64,000 bases of DNA from an uncultured Acidimicrobiia bacterium (GCA_964354255.1 CAYGYX010000004.1:10374-74373); one strand, 5' to 3'. Numbered from the stretch's first letter, positions 27,479 to 38,210 are shown. Program-made: numbers and translations. Notes: generated from the sequence alone by a model not told the origin.

Positions 27479-30400
27479 ATGGCCGAGCACAGGGCATTCG
27501 CCAGAGCCACACCGGAGATCTCCTTCCCCGCGCTCGAGGAGGGCGTGCTCAACCTGTGGGACGAGATCGGGGCCTTCCCCGCCTCGGTCGCCATGCGCCC
27601 CGAGGAGTCCGAGTTCACCTTCTACGACGGGCCTCCCTTCCCCACCGGGAGCCCCCACTACGGGAACCTCCTCGCCGGAGTGCTCAAGGACGTGGTGCCC
27701 CGTTACTGGACTATGCGCGGGCACCGGGTGGTGCGCCGCTTCGGCTGGGACACCCACGGCCTCCCCATCGAGATGGAAGTACAGCAGCAGCTCGGGCTCT
27801 CGGGCCCGGCGGAGATCGAGGCCTTCGGGGTGGAGCGCTTCAACGAGGCAGCCCGAGCCCGGGTGGCCGCCAACACCGAGCCGTGGCGGGCCATCACCCG
27901 CCGCATCGGCCGCTGGGTCGACTTCGAGAACGACTACAAGACGCTCGACCCCAGCTTCATGGAATCGGTCTGGTGGGTCTTCCGCCGCCTCTGGGACCAG
28001 GGGCTCGTCTACCAGGACTTCAAGGTCCTCCCCTACTCATTCGGGGCGGCCACCCCGCTCTCCAACTTCGAAGCCAACATGGACTACCGGGACGTCGAGG
28101 ACCCGTCGCTGACCGTGCGCCTCGAGCTGGTCGAGGGGCGGGGCCCGGCGGCCCCCGGCGATTACCTACTGGTGTGGACCACCACCCCCTGGACCCTGCC
28201 CGCCAACCTGGCGGTGGCGGTCGGCGCCGAACTCGAGTACGTGCGCATCGATGCCCCGGTCGGAGGGCACGATGGCCGCTACTGGGTGGCCGCCGACCTG
28301 GTCCCCTCCTATTGGCCGGACCACGCCCTGCACCCCGCCGCCACCGCCCGGGGAGCCGACCTGGTCGGGGCCGTCTACCGCCCTCCCTTCGACTACTTCG
28401 CCGGCGAGCGGGAACGGGGGGCCTTCGCCGTCATCGCCAGCGACGACGTCAGCACCGAGGAAGGCACCGGGTTGGTGCACATGGCCCCTGCCTACGGCGA
28501 GGCCGACTTCCTCGCCCTGCAGGCGGCCGGCCTTTCGGTGCTGGTCGACCCCACCGACGCCGAGGCCCGCTTCACCGCCGCGGTGCCGGAGGTGGCCGGG
28601 ATCAACGTCAAGGAAGCCGACCCCATCCTCCTCCGCCTGCTGAAGGAGCGGGGGGCCCTCGTGCAGAGCGGGCGCATCGTCCACTCGTACCCGTTCTGCT
28701 GGCGCACCGGCACTCCCCTGATCTACAAGGCCATCCCCACCTGGTTCGTCCGTGTCGAGGCACTACGCGAGCGCATGGTCGAACTGAACAGCACCGTCCA
28801 CTGGGTGCCCGGCCACGTCGGCGAGCGCCGCTTCGGCAACTGGCTGTCCCAGGCTCGCGACTGGGCCATCAGCCGCAACCGCTACTGGGGCTCCTGCCTC
28901 CCGGTGTGGGAGTGCGCCTCGTGCCGGGAGCGAGTGTGCGTGGGATCTATCGAGGACCTGCACCGGCGCTCCGGGGTGTGGCTCACCGACCTGCACAAGC
29001 ACGTCGTCGACCGGGTCACCTTTCCCTGTCCTGCCTGCGGCGAGGTCATGTCGCGCGTCCCTGAAGTACTCGACGTCTGGTTCGAATCGGGGGCGATGCC
29101 CTATGCGCAGCACCACTATCCCTTCGAGGAGGCCGAGGCCTTCCCCCGCCGCTTCCCGGCCGACTACATCGCCGAGGGCCTCGACCAGACCCGGGGCTGG
29201 TTCTACACCCTGCTGGTGCTCTCCACGGCCCTCTTCGACCAGGCCCCCTTCCGCAACTGCGTGGTCAACGGCCTCATCCTGGCCGAGGACGGGCGCAAGA
29301 TGTCCAAGAGCCTCCGTAACTACCCGGACCCGTTCGCCCTCATCGAGAGCACCGGGGCCGACGCCCTCCGCGCCTACCTGATCAACTCGCCGGTGGTCCG
29401 GGCGGAACCGCTCCGCTTCTCCGAGTCGGGAGTGCGCGAGGTGGTGCGCACCGTGATGCTCCCCCTGTGGAACGCCTACTCGTTCTTCACCACCTACGCC
29501 GCCGCCGACGGCCTCGGTGCCGCCGACCTGGCGGCGGCCCCTGCTCCCACCCAGCGCCCCGAGATCGACCGTTGGATCCTCTCGATGCTGCAGACCCTGG
29601 TGCGCCGGGTCAACCGGGAGATGGAGGGCTACTACCTGTACGACGTCGTCCCCCCGCTGATCGCCTTCATCGACGATCTCACCAACTGGTACATCCGCCG
29701 CTCGCGACGCCGCTTCTGGCGCCAGCGCAACGCCGGCAGCCCCGCGGTGCAGCGGGACACGCTGGCCGCCTTCGCCACCCTCTACGAAGTCCTCGTCGCC
29801 TTCGCCAAGGTGATGGCCCCGGTGCTCCCCTTCATCACCGAGGCCCTCTACCAGGCCCTGGTGGTGGAACAGGCCTCGCCCGGTGAGACGCCGCCCCGCA
29901 GCGTGCACCACTGCGACTACCCGGAGGGCGACGCCGCCCTGATCGACCAGGACCTGGAGCATCAGATGGCGCTGGTGCGCGCCGTGGTGGGCCTGGGCCG
30001 GGGGCTGCGACGGACCCATGCCGTACGGGTGCGCCAGCCCCTCCCCTCTCTCGTCGTGGTCAGCCACGATCCGGGGGTACGTGCCGCGGTGGACGCCCAC
30101 GCCGAACTGATCTCCGACGAGCTGAACGTCAAGCTGGTCGCCACCAGCGAGGACGAGCGGGCCCACGCCCACCTGAGCGCCAAGCCCAACTACCGCCGCC
30201 TCGGGCCGCGCCTCGGGGCTCGCATGAAGGAGGTGGCCGCCGCCGTCGAGTCCCTCGACGAGGCGGCAGTCGCCCGGCTCCTCGGCGGCGAGGCGCTCAC
30301 CGTCGCCGGTGAGCAGCTCGGCCTGGACGACGTGGTGGTGGCCCGCCGACCCCGGCCCGGGGTGGTGGTCGCCGCCGACGACCGCCTGTCGGTGGCGCTC

Positions 30401-30679
30401 GACACCACCGTCACCCCTGCCCTCGCCCGGGAGGGCCTGGCGCGGGAGGTCGTGAAGGTGGTCCAGGGCCTGCGGCGCACCGCCGGGCTCGAGGTCTCCG
30501 ACCGCATCACCCTGTCGTGGGCGAGCGATTCGCCCCGGGTCGCCGAGGCCATGGCCGAGCACGGGGAGTGGCTCGCCGGCGAGGTCCTCGCCGTAGCCCT
30601 GACGGCCGCCCCCCCGGGCTCGGGCACGCCCTTCGAGGTGGATGGAGAGCACATCGAGGTCTCCATCGCCCGGCCTTGA
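27479..30679 (+). CDS. ileS: isoleucine--tRNA ligase
   Basis: Class I motifs PHYGN (HIGH variant) and KMSKS. 1066 aa. Editing domain and a C-terminal zinc-less extension. Confidence 0.95.
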   Translation: MAEHRAFARATPEISFPALEEGVLNLWDEIGAFPASVAMRPEESEFTFYDGPPFPTGSPHYGNLLAGVLKDVVPRYWTMRGHRVVRRFGWDTHGLPIEMEVQQQLGLSGPAEIEAFGVERFNEAARARVAANTEPWRAITRRIGRWVDFENDYKTLDPSFMESVWWVFRRLWDQGLVYQDFKVLPYSFGAATPLSNFEANMDYRDVEDPSLTVRLELVEGRGPAAPGDYLLVWTTTPWTLPANLAVAVGAELEYVRIDAPVGGHDGRYWVAADLVPSYWPDHALHPAATARGADLVGAVYRPPFDYFAGERERGAFAVIASDDVSTEEGTGLVHMAPAYGEADFLALQAAGLSVLVDPTDAEARFTAAVPEVAGINVKEADPILLRLLKERGALVQSGRIVHSYPFCWRTGTPLIYKAIPTWFVRVEALRERMVELNSTVHWVPGHVGERRFGNWLSQARDWAISRNRYWGSCLPVWECASCRERVCVGSIEDLHRRSGVWLTDLHKHVVDRVTFPCPACGEVMSRVPEVLDVWFESGAMPYAQHHYPFEEAEAFPRRFPADYIAEGLDQTRGWFYTLLVLSTALFDQAPFRNCVVNGLILAEDGRKMSKSLRNYPDPFALIESTGADALRAYLINSPVVRAEPLRFSESGVREVVRTVMLPLWNAYSFFTTYAAADGLGAADLAAAPAPTQRPEIDRWILSMLQTLVRRVNREMEGYYLYDVVPPLIAFIDDLTNWYIRRSRRRFWRQRNAGSPAVQRDTLAAFATLYEVLVAFAKVMAPVLPFITEALYQALVVEQASPGETPPRSVHHCDYPEGDAALIDQDLEHQMALVRAVVGLGRGLRRTHAVRVRQPLPSLVVVSHDPGVRAAVDAHAELISDELNVKLVATSEDERAHAHLSAKPNYRRLGPRLGARMKEVAAAVESLDEAAVARLLGGEALTVAGEQLGLDDVVVARRPRPGVVVAADDRLSVALDTTVTPALAREGLAREVVKVVQGLRRTAGLEVSDRITLSWASDSPRVAEAMAEHGEWLAGEVLAVALTAAPPGSGTPFEVDGEHIEVSIARP

Positions 30680-30686
30680 GGCCGGC
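30665..30686. terminator. GC hairpin between convergent ileS and yggT (possible bidirectional terminator; no U-tract)
   Basis: cCCGGCCttgaGGCCGGc: 6-7 bp GC stem with a 4-nt loop containing the ileS TGA stop. Confidence 0.25.
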
Positions 30687-30938
30687 TCAGCAGAGCGCGG
30701 CGGCCAGCAGGTTGAGCAGCAGGATCACGATGAGCGGGGAAAGGTCGATGGCCACCGACCCCACCCGCAGCGGCGGCACCAGGGCCCGCACGGGGGCCAG
30801 CACCGGCTGGGTGACCAGCCGCAGCACCCGCCGCACCCGCCCCACCGGGTGCTCGTCCCCGACCGGTATCCACTCCAGGACCACCCGGGCGAACAGCACC
30901 ATGGCCAGGACCTGCAGCAGGAAACAGACCACCCGCAC
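30687..30938 (-). CDS. yggT: YggT-family membrane protein (YlmG-like)
   Basis: LFARVVLEWIP......V...T.P.L.P.R motif, two TM segments, 83 aa. Positioned after sepF as in the actinobacterial dcw tail. Confidence 0.8.
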   Translation of the reverse strand: MRVVCFLLQVLAMVLFARVVLEWIPVGDEHPVGRVRRVLRLVTQPVLAPVRALVPPLRVGSVAIDLSPLIVILLLNLLAAALC

Positions 30939-30941
30939 CGG

Positions 30942-31574
30942 TCAGACGCCTTCAGAGGACTGGTAGTAGCCCAGGCTCTGCAGGCGGCGCCGTTCGTCTC
31001 GCCCGACGTTCACGTTGGCCGGGGTCACCAGGATCACCCCCTGGCCGATCTTGCGCATCGACCCCCCGAGGGCGTAGGTGAGCCCGCTGGCGAAGTCGAC
31101 CAGGCGGCGCACCATGGCCGGCTCGACCTTGCGCAGGTCGAGGACCACCGGTGAGTTGGCCCGAATGTGATCGGCCAGCAGCTGGGCGTCGGCATAGCTG
31201 CGAGCGGTGATGATGTGTGTCTCCAGGTCGTGGTCGGTCACGGTGCGGACCGCGCTGTAGTCGCTCGTGTCCATGATGACGCCGGCGTCGGTGAGGGCGC
31301 CTTCCGCGCTCGTGCGGCGCCGGGGCGCGTTCGGCGGCTCTACCCGCCGGCCCCCAGGGGCGAAGCGGGCGTTCGGCGGCTCCACCCGCCGCCCGCCGGA
31401 GGCCACCGGCTCCTGCCGCCGGCCCGGGGTCACGGTCACCGCGGGTTCCTCCGGGGCAACTTCGGGCCGGTACCGGGCGCCGGACATCCCCGCCGGCGAG
31501 GCCGCCTCAGAGGCGGACTCGTCCTCGTCTACGAGCCCCAGGTAGAAGAGAGACTTCTGCCACAGGTTGGCCAT
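30942..31574 (-). CDS. sepF: cell division protein SepF
   Basis: N-terminus MANLWQKSLFYLGLVDEDE (membrane-binding helix). Low-complexity linker. C-terminal SepF core (VTDHDLETHIITARSYADAQLLADHIRANSPVVLDLRKVEP...GQGVILVTPANV). Only the last 210 codons of the 582-aa ORF are sepF. Confidence 0.85.
   Translation of the reverse strand: MANLWQKSLFYLGLVDEDESASEAASPAGMSGARYRPEVAPEEPAVTVTPGRRQEPVASGGRRVEPPNARFAPGGRRVEPPNAPRRRTSAEGALTDAGVIMDTSDYSAVRTVTDHDLETHIITARSYADAQLLADHIRANSPVVLDLRKVEPAMVRRLVDFASGLTYALGGSMRKIGQGVILVTPANVNVGRDERRRLQSLGYYQSSEGV
31323..31393. repeat. imperfect 42-nt tandem duplication inside the sepF linker
   Basis: GCGTTCGGCGGCTCTACCCGCCG and GCGTTCGGCGGCTCCACCCGCCG lie 42 nt apart. 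This encodes GGRRVEPPNARFAP / GGRRVEPPNAPRRR. Confidence 0.7.
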
Positions 31575-31579
31575 GCCGA

Positions 31580-32260
31580 TTACCCCCGCCTTCCGCTCTC
31601 CGGGAACGGTCCAAAGATAGCCCGTCCTACCCGCAACAGGGTGGCACCTTCCTCCACCGCCACCTCGAAGTCCTCGGTCATCCCCATCGACAGCTCGGTG
31701 AGGCCCGGCCAGCGCCGGGCCAGCCGGGCACCGAGCGCGGCCAGCTCCCGGAAATGGGGCCGCGCATCCTCCGGCCTCCCGGGCAGCGGCGGGATGGTCA
31801 TGAGGCCGCGTACCTCGATGCCCAGGCCGACCGCCGTCTCCACCAGCGACTCGGCCTCGCCGGGGAGCACTCCCCCCTTTTGCGCCTCGCCGGCCACGTT
31901 GACCTGGACGAGCACCGGCGGCGGCAGGCCGGGGCCCTTCACCCAGTAGCCGGCCGCCTCGGCCCGGTCCAGGGAGTGCAGCAAGTGAGTCAACGGGCGC
32001 ACCCGAGCCACCTTGTTCCCCTGGAGGCGGCCGAGGAAGTGCCAGCGGGCGTCGCCGGGCAGCATGGCCGCCCGATCCACCAACAGGGAGGCGCGGTTCT
32101 CCCCGAAGTCCCGCTGCCCCGCGTCGTAGGCGGCCCGCAGCGCGAGCGGGCCGGCGGTCTTGCTCACTGCCACCAGCTTGATCTCCCCCGGAGCGCGCCC
32201 CACCCGGGCCGCCGCCGCGGCGATCCGCTCGTGGACCTCGGTCAGCCGGCCGGCAACCAT
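31580..32260 (-). CDS. yggS: YggS-family pyridoxal-phosphate homeostasis protein (YlmE)
   Basis: IKLVAVSKT (PLP Lys), FGENR, HFLGRLQGNKV, MGMTEDF blocks. Start at [13 protein letters not shown]. Confidence 0.85.
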   Translation of the reverse strand: MVAGRLTEVHERIAAAAARVGRAPGEIKLVAVSKTAGPLALRAAYDAGQRDFGENRASLLVDRAAMLPGDARWHFLGRLQGNKVARVRPLTHLLHSLDRAEAAGYWVKGPGLPPPVLVQVNVAGEAQKGGVLPGEAESLVETAVGLGIEVRGLMTIPPLPGRPEDARPHFRELAALGARLARRWPGLTELSMGMTEDFEVAVEEGATLLRVGRAIFGPFPESGRRG

Positions 32261-32871
32261 GCCACCGCCACCTGACGCCGCCGGGTCCCGTCCCGGCGGT
32301 AGGAGTGATAGCCGGTGCCGCAGCACGTGCACTCCGGCGACCGCCACACCTCCACGCCGCCGAGGCCTGCCACCACCGCGGCCGGAAGGTCGATGCTCGT
32401 CGCGCCCGTGCGGGCCACCGCCCGGAAAGCGGGCAACGCGGCCGCCACCTCCGGGCCGACCGTGAAGCAACAGGGACCGATGCCCGGCCCCACCGCCGCC
32501 CGCCGCGGCACCAGACCCTCTGCCTCCATGGCGCCGCGCAGGGCGGCCACCACGCCGGCGGCCGCGCCCCGCCAGCCCACGTGGGCCAGGCCCACCCCGC
32601 CCGTGGCCTCAAGCACCACCGGCAGGCAATCTGCCGTGCCCACCGCCAGGGGGAGCCCGGCGGTCGTCGTGAAGAGAGCGTCCCCATCACCTAGCAGGCC
32701 GGGGTCGGAGGCACGCCACACCCGTCGCCCGTGCACCTGATGCAGATAGGCCCACGCCTCGGGCAGCCCCTGGTCGCGGGAGATACGGCGCCGGGCCGCC
32801 TCATCGGACCGCCCGTCACCGTCGGCGGCAGCTCCGAAGGCCGCCCCTCGGAACCCGGGTGGTCGGATCAT
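32242..32871 (-). CDS. pgeF: YfiH/PgeF-family (DUF152, purine nucleoside phosphorylase/peptidoglycan editing factor; YlmD)
   Basis: LHQVHG...[25 protein letters not shown] blocks. ATGA overlap with the ftsZ stop. Confidence 0.8.
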   Translation of the reverse strand: MIRPPGFRGAAFGAAADGDGRSDEAARRRISRDQGLPEAWAYLHQVHGRRVWRASDPGLLGDGDALFTTTAGLPLAVGTADCLPVVLEATGGVGLAHVGWRGAAAGVVAALRGAMEAEGLVPRRAAVGPGIGPCCFTVGPEVAAALPAFRAVARTGATSIDLPAAVVAGLGGVEVWRSPECTCCGTGYHSYRRDGTRRRQVAVAWLPAG

Positions 32872-34010
32872 CCTTTCAGGAAATCGGGGATCTCGATGTC
32901 CTCGATGCCGCCCTCGCGACCTCCGGCCCGGCCCTCTTCGCCCTCCGCCGGAGTGCCCGGGTGGGGTCGAGGAGCCGTGCCGGCGCCCGGGCGCAGCGAG
33001 GGCCGGCTGTGGTCGATGTCGAAGCCGGCCGCGATCACGGTTACCCGCATCTCTTCGCCCAGGGAATCGTCCACGATCGCCCCGAAGATGACGTTGGCGT
33101 CCGGGTCGCAGTGCTCCGAGATCGCGATGGCGGCGGTGTTGACCTCATGCAGCGTCAGGTTGGAGGGCCCGGCTATGGAGAGCAGCACGCCGCGCGAGCC
33201 CTCCATCGAGGTCTCCAGCATGGGGCTGGCCATGGCCTTGCGCGCCGCCTGCTGGGCGCGGTTCTCACCGGTTGCCCGCCCGATGCCCATGACCGCGGAC
33301 CCGGCCCCCTTCATGACTGCCCGCACGTCGGCGAAGTCCACGTTGATGAGCCCGGGAGTGGTGATGAGATCGGTGATGCCGCCCACTCCGTGCAAGAGGA
33401 CCTCGTCGGCCATGCGGAACGCATCGACCATGGGTAGCTCGGCATCGGCGTGCTCGAGGAGCCGCTGGTTGGGGATGATGATGAGAGTGTCCACGGCCGA
33501 ACGCAGCGCCTGGATACCTTGTTCTGCCTGCACGGAACGCCGGCGGCCCTCGAAGCCGAACGGGCGGGTGACCACGGCCACCGTCAGCGCCCCGACGCTG
33601 CGGGCCGCCTCGGCCACCACCGGCGCCGCCCCGGTGCCGGTGCCACCGCCTTCCCCGGCGGTGACGAACACCATGTCGGCGCCGCGCACCGCCTCCTCGA
33701 TCTCGGCCCGATGCTCCTCGGCGGCCGCCTTGCCCACCTCGGGGTCGGCGCCCGCCCCCAGGCCGCGGGTCATGCTCCGCCCGATGTCGAGCTTGATGTC
33801 GGCGTCGGACATGAGGAGGGCCTGCGCGTCGGTGTTGATGGCGACGAACTCCACACCGCGCAAGCCGGCCTCGATCATGCGGTTGATGGCGTTCACGCCG
33901 CCCCCGCCGACCCCAACCACTTTGATGACCGCCAGGTATGCCTGCATCCCCTGCTCCGTGGTCAGCATCTGGGTCCTCTCAGACCGTTTCTGCGGTGGGC
34001 GGTGCGACAT
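32868..34010 (-). CDS. ftsZ: cell division GTPase FtsZ
   Basis: [28 protein letters not shown] tubulin signature ([16 protein letters not shown]). NTDAQAL. ATG with GGAGG 7 nt upstream. No ftsA between ftsQ and ftsZ. Confidence 0.95.
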   Translation of the reverse strand: MSHRPPQKRSERTQMLTTEQGMQAYLAVIKVVGVGGGGVNAINRMIEAGLRGVEFVAINTDAQALLMSDADIKLDIGRSMTRGLGAGADPEVGKAAAEEHRAEIEEAVRGADMVFVTAGEGGGTGTGAAPVVAEAARSVGALTVAVVTRPFGFEGRRRSVQAEQGIQALRSAVDTLIIIPNQRLLEHADAELPMVDAFRMADEVLLHGVGGITDLITTPGLINVDFADVRAVMKGAGSAVMGIGRATGENRAQQAARKAMASPMLETSMEGSRGVLLSIAGPSNLTLHEVNTAAIAISEHCDPDANVIFGAIVDDSLGEEMRVTVIAAGFDIDHSRPSLRPGAGTAPRPHPGTPAEGEEGRAGGREGGIEDIEIPDFLKG

Positions 34011-34095
34011 GACGCCACCTCCATGAACCTTTCGTGGAAGGTTAGTGCTCGGCGGAGCCTGCGAGTCATCCCAGATCTCACCCTTCACCACAGCT

Positions 34096-34869
34096 TCACC
34101 CCGGGGGCTCTCCCTCGCCGTCCCCGGCTTCTTCCATCGGACCGGTCACCGCCGGGCGGGTCGGAGCGATCAGGTCCACCTGCGAACCCACCGGCAGCCC
34201 TCGTGCCAGCAGAGCGGCGAGCGCCCTCCCCTTGTCGGCCAGTTGGGTCGCCGGGCCGAGACGGGCCCGGCAGCCGTCCGCCTCCAGCCACAGCTCGCCC
34301 CCCTCGCGAGTGACCCAGGCCCGTGCGGCCAGTTCCGGGCCCAGCGCCACCCCCAGGCCGGCCAGTTCCCCCCATTCGCTCCCCTCCGGCTGCTCGCCGG
34401 CCTCGTGGTCGGGGTAGAACACCTCCGCCCGCAGCACCCCCTCGCCGGGGGCATCAGCCGTGGCGATCACCACCCCGGCTCGGGCCACCAGCATCCACGA
34501 CTCCCCACCGGCCACCCACACTGCCGGCGTGTGCTCCAGGACCTCGACGACCAGGCGGCCGGGGAAGATCCGGTCGACCCGCACTTCGCGCACCCAGGGG
34601 TCGGCGGCCACCGCCTCCTCGATCTCGCCCGGATTCAGCCAGATCATGATGGCTCCCTCGCCCACCCCGGCGGCCGCCAGGCGTCCGTCGACATCGGCGT
34701 GAACTGCTCCCAGGATCTCGACCTCTCGCACCGACATCCAGGGCGAGTGGAGGACGACGGCCGCGGCTCCCACCAGGAGCATCCCGCCGATCCCCAGCGT
34801 CCATCCCCACCGGCGGGCCCGAGGCGCCCCCGGCCGGGATCGGGCGGGGGCAGCAAGGGGACGATTCAC
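34096..34869 (-). CDS. ftsQ: cell division protein FtsQ/DivIB (POTRA domain)
   Basis: Single TM segment ([20 protein letters not shown]) followed by a POTRA-like periplasmic domain. GTG start overlaps the murB stop as GTGA. Confidence 0.75.
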   Translation of the reverse strand: MNRPLAAPARSRPGAPRARRWGWTLGIGGMLLVGAAAVVLHSPWMSVREVEILGAVHADVDGRLAAAGVGEGAIMIWLNPGEIEEAVAADPWVREVRVDRIFPGRLVVEVLEHTPAVWVAGGESWMLVARAGVVIATADAPGEGVLRAEVFYPDHEAGEQPEGSEWGELAGLGVALGPELAARAWVTREGGELWLEADGCRARLGPATQLADKGRALAALLARGLPVGSQVDLIAPTRPAVTGPMEEAGDGEGEPPG

Positions 34870-35777
34870 GACCGCTCGCGGAAGGGCCCGACGAAACGGA
34901 CCTCGGGCTCCAGTGCCACGCCGGCGCCCTCCTGCACCCGGCGCTGCACCTCGGCCACCAGGTCGAAGAGGTCCTGGGCCGAGGCTCCGGCCTCCGCCAC
35001 GAAGAAGTTGGCGTGCCGGTGGGACACCGCCACCCCGCCCACCCGGAGGCCCTTGAGGCCGAGGGAGTCGATGAGGCGCCCGGCCGCGTCCCCCGGGGGG
35101 TTCTTGAACACGCTGCCGGCATTGAGAGCCCCTCCCGGCTGGTGCTCGCGCCGCCAGCGGGTGATCTCCCGCATGACGGCCTCCGCCTCCCGGCGCGGCC
35201 GGGCCACCGTGCGGAAGGTCGCCGCGACCACCATGTCCGTGTCGGCCAGGCTGCTGTGCCGGTAGGCGAGACCCAGCTCGCCGACGCCCCGATCGCGCAC
35301 CTCCCCCGTGACCAGGTCGATGACCCGGGCGGTCACCAGCCACTCGGCGGTGTCGGTCCCATGGCAGCCTGAGTTCATGCGCACCGCCCCGCCCACCGAT
35401 CCGGGGATGCCCACCATGTACTCGAGGCCCCCTCTCTCCGCGGCGGCACTACGCCGGGCCACCGCCGTCTGGGAGGCGGCGGCCCCGGCCACCACCCGGC
35501 CGTCGCCGCGCACCGCCACCCCACCCAAGCCCGCGCCGGGCCGTATCACCAGCCCCGGGAACCCCTCCGGAGAGACCACCAGGTTGCTCCCCCGCCCGAG
35601 CACGAGCACCGGCACCGGCTCGAGAGCCAGGGCGGCAGCAACCCGCAGCACCTGCTCCTCGTCGTGGGCCTCCAGCAAGTACCGGGCCGGCCCCCCGAAG
35701 CGATAGGTCATGAGCGGGGCGAGCGGGACATCCACATCGACCATTCCCTCCGCGACCAGCTCGGCCAACGTGCTCAT
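34866..35777 (-). CDS. murB: UDP-N-acetylenolpyruvoylglucosamine reductase
   Basis: FAD-binding domain (LGRGSNLVV). MurB core (GSVGGAVRMNSGCHG, AGSVFKNP). C-terminal domain. Confidence 0.9.
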   Translation of the reverse strand: MSTLAELVAEGMVDVDVPLAPLMTYRFGGPARYLLEAHDEEQVLRVAAALALEPVPVLVLGRGSNLVVSPEGFPGLVIRPGAGLGGVAVRGDGRVVAGAAASQTAVARRSAAAERGGLEYMVGIPGSVGGAVRMNSGCHGTDTAEWLVTARVIDLVTGEVRDRGVGELGLAYRHSSLADTDMVVAATFRTVARPRREAEAVMREITRWRREHQPGGALNAGSVFKNPPGDAAGRLIDSLGLKGLRVGGVAVSHRHANFFVAEAGASAQDLFDLVAEVQRRVQEGAGVALEPEVRFVGPFRERS

Positions 35778-37141
35778 CGCCTCGCCCCCAGCAGCCCGGC
35801 CAGTTCCTCCGCCACCAGGGTGATGTCACCCGCCCCCATCAGCAGCACGAGGTCACCGGGGCGGACCTCGGCGGCGACGGTGCCGGCGAGATCCCGGCGG
35901 TGAGGCACGTAGGCGACCTGGGAGCCGGCGGCGGCGGCGGCGTCCGCCACCAGCCTCCCGCTGACACCGGGCACCGGCGCCTCCCCCGCCGCGTAGACGT
36001 CGGTGACCACCACCCGGTCGGCCCCGGCGAGGGCCTCGCCGAAGCGGCCGGCTTGCTCCGCGGTACGGCTGAAACGGTGGGGCTGGAATACCGCCACCAG
36101 CCGGCGCGGCGCCCCGACCCGGGCAGCCGCGATGGTGGCGGCGACCTCAGTCGGATGGTGGGCATAGTCGTCCACCACCGTCACTCCCCCGATGCGGGCA
36201 CGAACCTCGAAGCGACGCCGCACGCCTCCGAAAGAGGCCAGCCCGGCGGCGGCGCCGGCCACGTCCAGGCCCAGCTCGCCCAGCAGCGCCAGTGTGCCGG
36301 CAGCATTGCGGGCCACGTGCAGGCCGGGCCGGGGCACCGTCACCGGCACCCCCTCCCCACCGTGCACCAGGGTGAAGGCCACCGAGGCCGGTCGGCAGGC
36401 CACCTCTTCGATGCGCCAGGCGGCTGCCGGGTCGAGGCCGTACCCCACCACCCCGGGAACTCGCTCCGCAAGTCGCCGGGCGCCGGGGTCGTCCAGGCAG
36501 GCCACCACCGGGCCCTCCACTCGCCCCGCCACCTCGGCAAAGGCCTCCTCCACGGCGGCCGTCGTCCCGTAGTGGTCGAGGTGGTCGGCCTCCACGTTGG
36601 TCACGGCCAGGGCGGCCAGATGCACCTCGGTGAAAGTGCCAAAGGCCTCGTCGGTCTCCAGCACGAAGAGGTCCCGTTCGCCCAGGTGGGCATTGGTGTT
36701 GAGATCTACCAGCTGGCCGCCGACCATGAACGACGGGTCGCGGCCCAGTGCGCGGAGGGCGCCCACCAGCATGGCGGTGCCGGTGGTCTTGCCGTGGGTT
36801 CCCGCCACGCCCAGAGCCGGGCTGTGCCGGGTGAGCGTCTCCAGGAGGCGGGGGCGGCGCCACACCTCCACTCCGGTCGCTCGAGCGGCAGCCAGCTCCG
36901 GATCGCGCTCGGGGACGGCCGAGGACGCCACCACCAGGTCCCATCCGGCGGCCCGCTCGGGCCGGTGGCCCACCCAGACCGTCACCCCGAGGCCCTCCAG
37001 CGAGGTCAGCATCCGGCTCGGCTTGAGGTCGGAGCCACTCACCTCGTAACCAGCTTGGGCCAGCAGCTTGGCGAGGCCGCTCATCCCGATCCCCCCCACC
37101 CCGACCATGTGGACCCGGCGGCAGCCCTCGAGCTCAGCCAT
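35774..37141 (-). CDS. murC: UDP-N-acetylmuramate--L-alanine ligase
   Basis: HMVGVGGIGMSGLA Rossmann start. GVAGTHGKTTGTAM P-loop. VTNVEADHLDHYG. Confidence 0.92.
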   Translation of the reverse strand: MAELEGCRRVHMVGVGGIGMSGLAKLLAQAGYEVSGSDLKPSRMLTSLEGLGVTVWVGHRPERAAGWDLVVASSAVPERDPELAAARATGVEVWRRPRLLETLTRHSPALGVAGTHGKTTGTAMLVGALRALGRDPSFMVGGQLVDLNTNAHLGERDLFVLETDEAFGTFTEVHLAALAVTNVEADHLDHYGTTAAVEEAFAEVAGRVEGPVVACLDDPGARRLAERVPGVVGYGLDPAAAWRIEEVACRPASVAFTLVHGGEGVPVTVPRPGLHVARNAAGTLALLGELGLDVAGAAAGLASFGGVRRRFEVRARIGGVTVVDDYAHHPTEVAATIAAARVGAPRRLVAVFQPHRFSRTAEQAGRFGEALAGADRVVVTDVYAAGEAPVPGVSGRLVADAAAAAGSQVAYVPHRRDLAGTVAAEVRPGDLVLLMGAGDITLVAEELAGLLGARR

Positions 37142-38210
37142 TGATCGCCTCCCGCAACTGCTCGGCGATCACCGCCGCCGCCTCTGGGCGGGCGGTGCTC
37201 CGGGCAGAGCGGCCCATCTCGGCGAGGGCGGCTCGGTCGGCCAGCAGGTCGCCGACCACCGCGGGCAGGCGAGCGACGTCACCCTGGGGGACCAGCCGCG
37301 CCCCGCCCACCGTCGCCAGCGCCGAGGCGTTGTGCTGCTGCCCCACCCTCTCCAGCGGCACCAGGACCGCCGGCGTGCCGGTGGCCGCCAGCTCGGAGAT
37401 CGTCATGGCACCGGCCCGGCCCAGGACCAGGTCGACGGCGGCGTAGAAGAACTCCATCTGCTCCTCGAAAGCCAAGCAGCGCCACGGTAGTGAGGCGGCC
37501 GCCGCCAGGGGCGCCACCGTCGAGACCTCGACTCCGGCCAGGTGGACCACCGCCAGGGGACCACCCCGCCAAGCGGCCACAATCGCCGGGACGGCCTGGT
37601 TGAGTACCCGCGCCCCCAGGCTCCCCCCGAGGACTCCCAGCACGATGCCACCTTCCGGGAGCCCGTAGCGCCGCCGAGCAGCCGCCGCCAATGCCCCCCG
37701 CTCGAAGCGGGCCAACTCGGCACGGAGCGGGTTGCCGGTGAGGACGGCCCGGGGGAGGCGCTGCGCCGGGCCCGGCAGGCCGACGAAGGCGGCGCGCGCC
37801 CGGCGGGCGACCAGGCGAACTGCCAGACCGGGGATGGCGTTCTGCTCCTGGACGAAGAAGGGCAGGGCGAGGCGCCGGGCGGCGAGAGCCGCCGGCACGG
37901 TGGCATACCCGCCCATTCCCAGCACCACCCGAGTGCCCCGCGCCCGCATCGTGGCGGCCATGTCCCGAGCGGTGCGCCGCACGACCAGTGGGATGCCCAG
38001 GTTGCGCGGCGACAAGCTGCGGCGCAGGGCCACCATCTGAAACGGCACGAAGGGAAACCCCGCCGCCGGCACCGCCCGTGCCTCGAACCGGTCGCCGCCC
38101 AGGAAGACCACCTCGCCGGGGTCCATCCCTCCGGCTACCAGCTCCCGCGCCACCGCCAGGGCGGGGAAGACGTGGCCACCCGTGCCGGCGGCAGCGATGG
38201 CAACGGTCAC
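37134..38210 (-). CDS. murG: undecaprenyldiphospho-muramoylpentapeptide beta-N-acetylglucosaminyltransferase
   Basis: VAIAAAGTGGHVFPALAVA G-loop. LGGSLGA. C-terminal GT-B domain. GTG start overlaps the ftsW stop (GTGA). Confidence 0.9.
   Translation of the reverse strand: MTVAIAAAGTGGHVFPALAVARELVAGGMDPGEVVFLGGDRFEARAVPAAGFPFVPFQMVALRRSLSPRNLGIPLVVRRTARDMAATMRARGTRVVLGMGGYATVPAALAARRLALPFFVQEQNAIPGLAVRLVARRARAAFVGLPGPAQRLPRAVLTGNPLRAELARFERGALAAAARRRYGLPEGGIVLGVLGGSLGARVLNQAVPAIVAAWRGGPLAVVHLAGVEVSTVAPLAAAASLPWRCLAFEEQMEFFYAAVDLVLGRAGAMTISELAATGTPAVLVPLERVGQQHNASALATVGGARLVPQGDVARLPAVVGDLLADRAALAEMGRSARSTARPEAAAVIAEQLREAING

Noticed and set aside
31323-31393. CRISPR-like direct repeat
   Set aside because: Only two copies, in-frame inside sepF, encoding a duplicated peptide. 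There are no spacers or cas genes.
30942-32690. 582-aa minus-strand ORF
   Set aside because: Chimeric frame. Its upstream 370 codons are Arg-rich and out of frame relative to yggS/pgeF. Only the last 210 codons, starting MANLWQKSLFYLG, form SepF.
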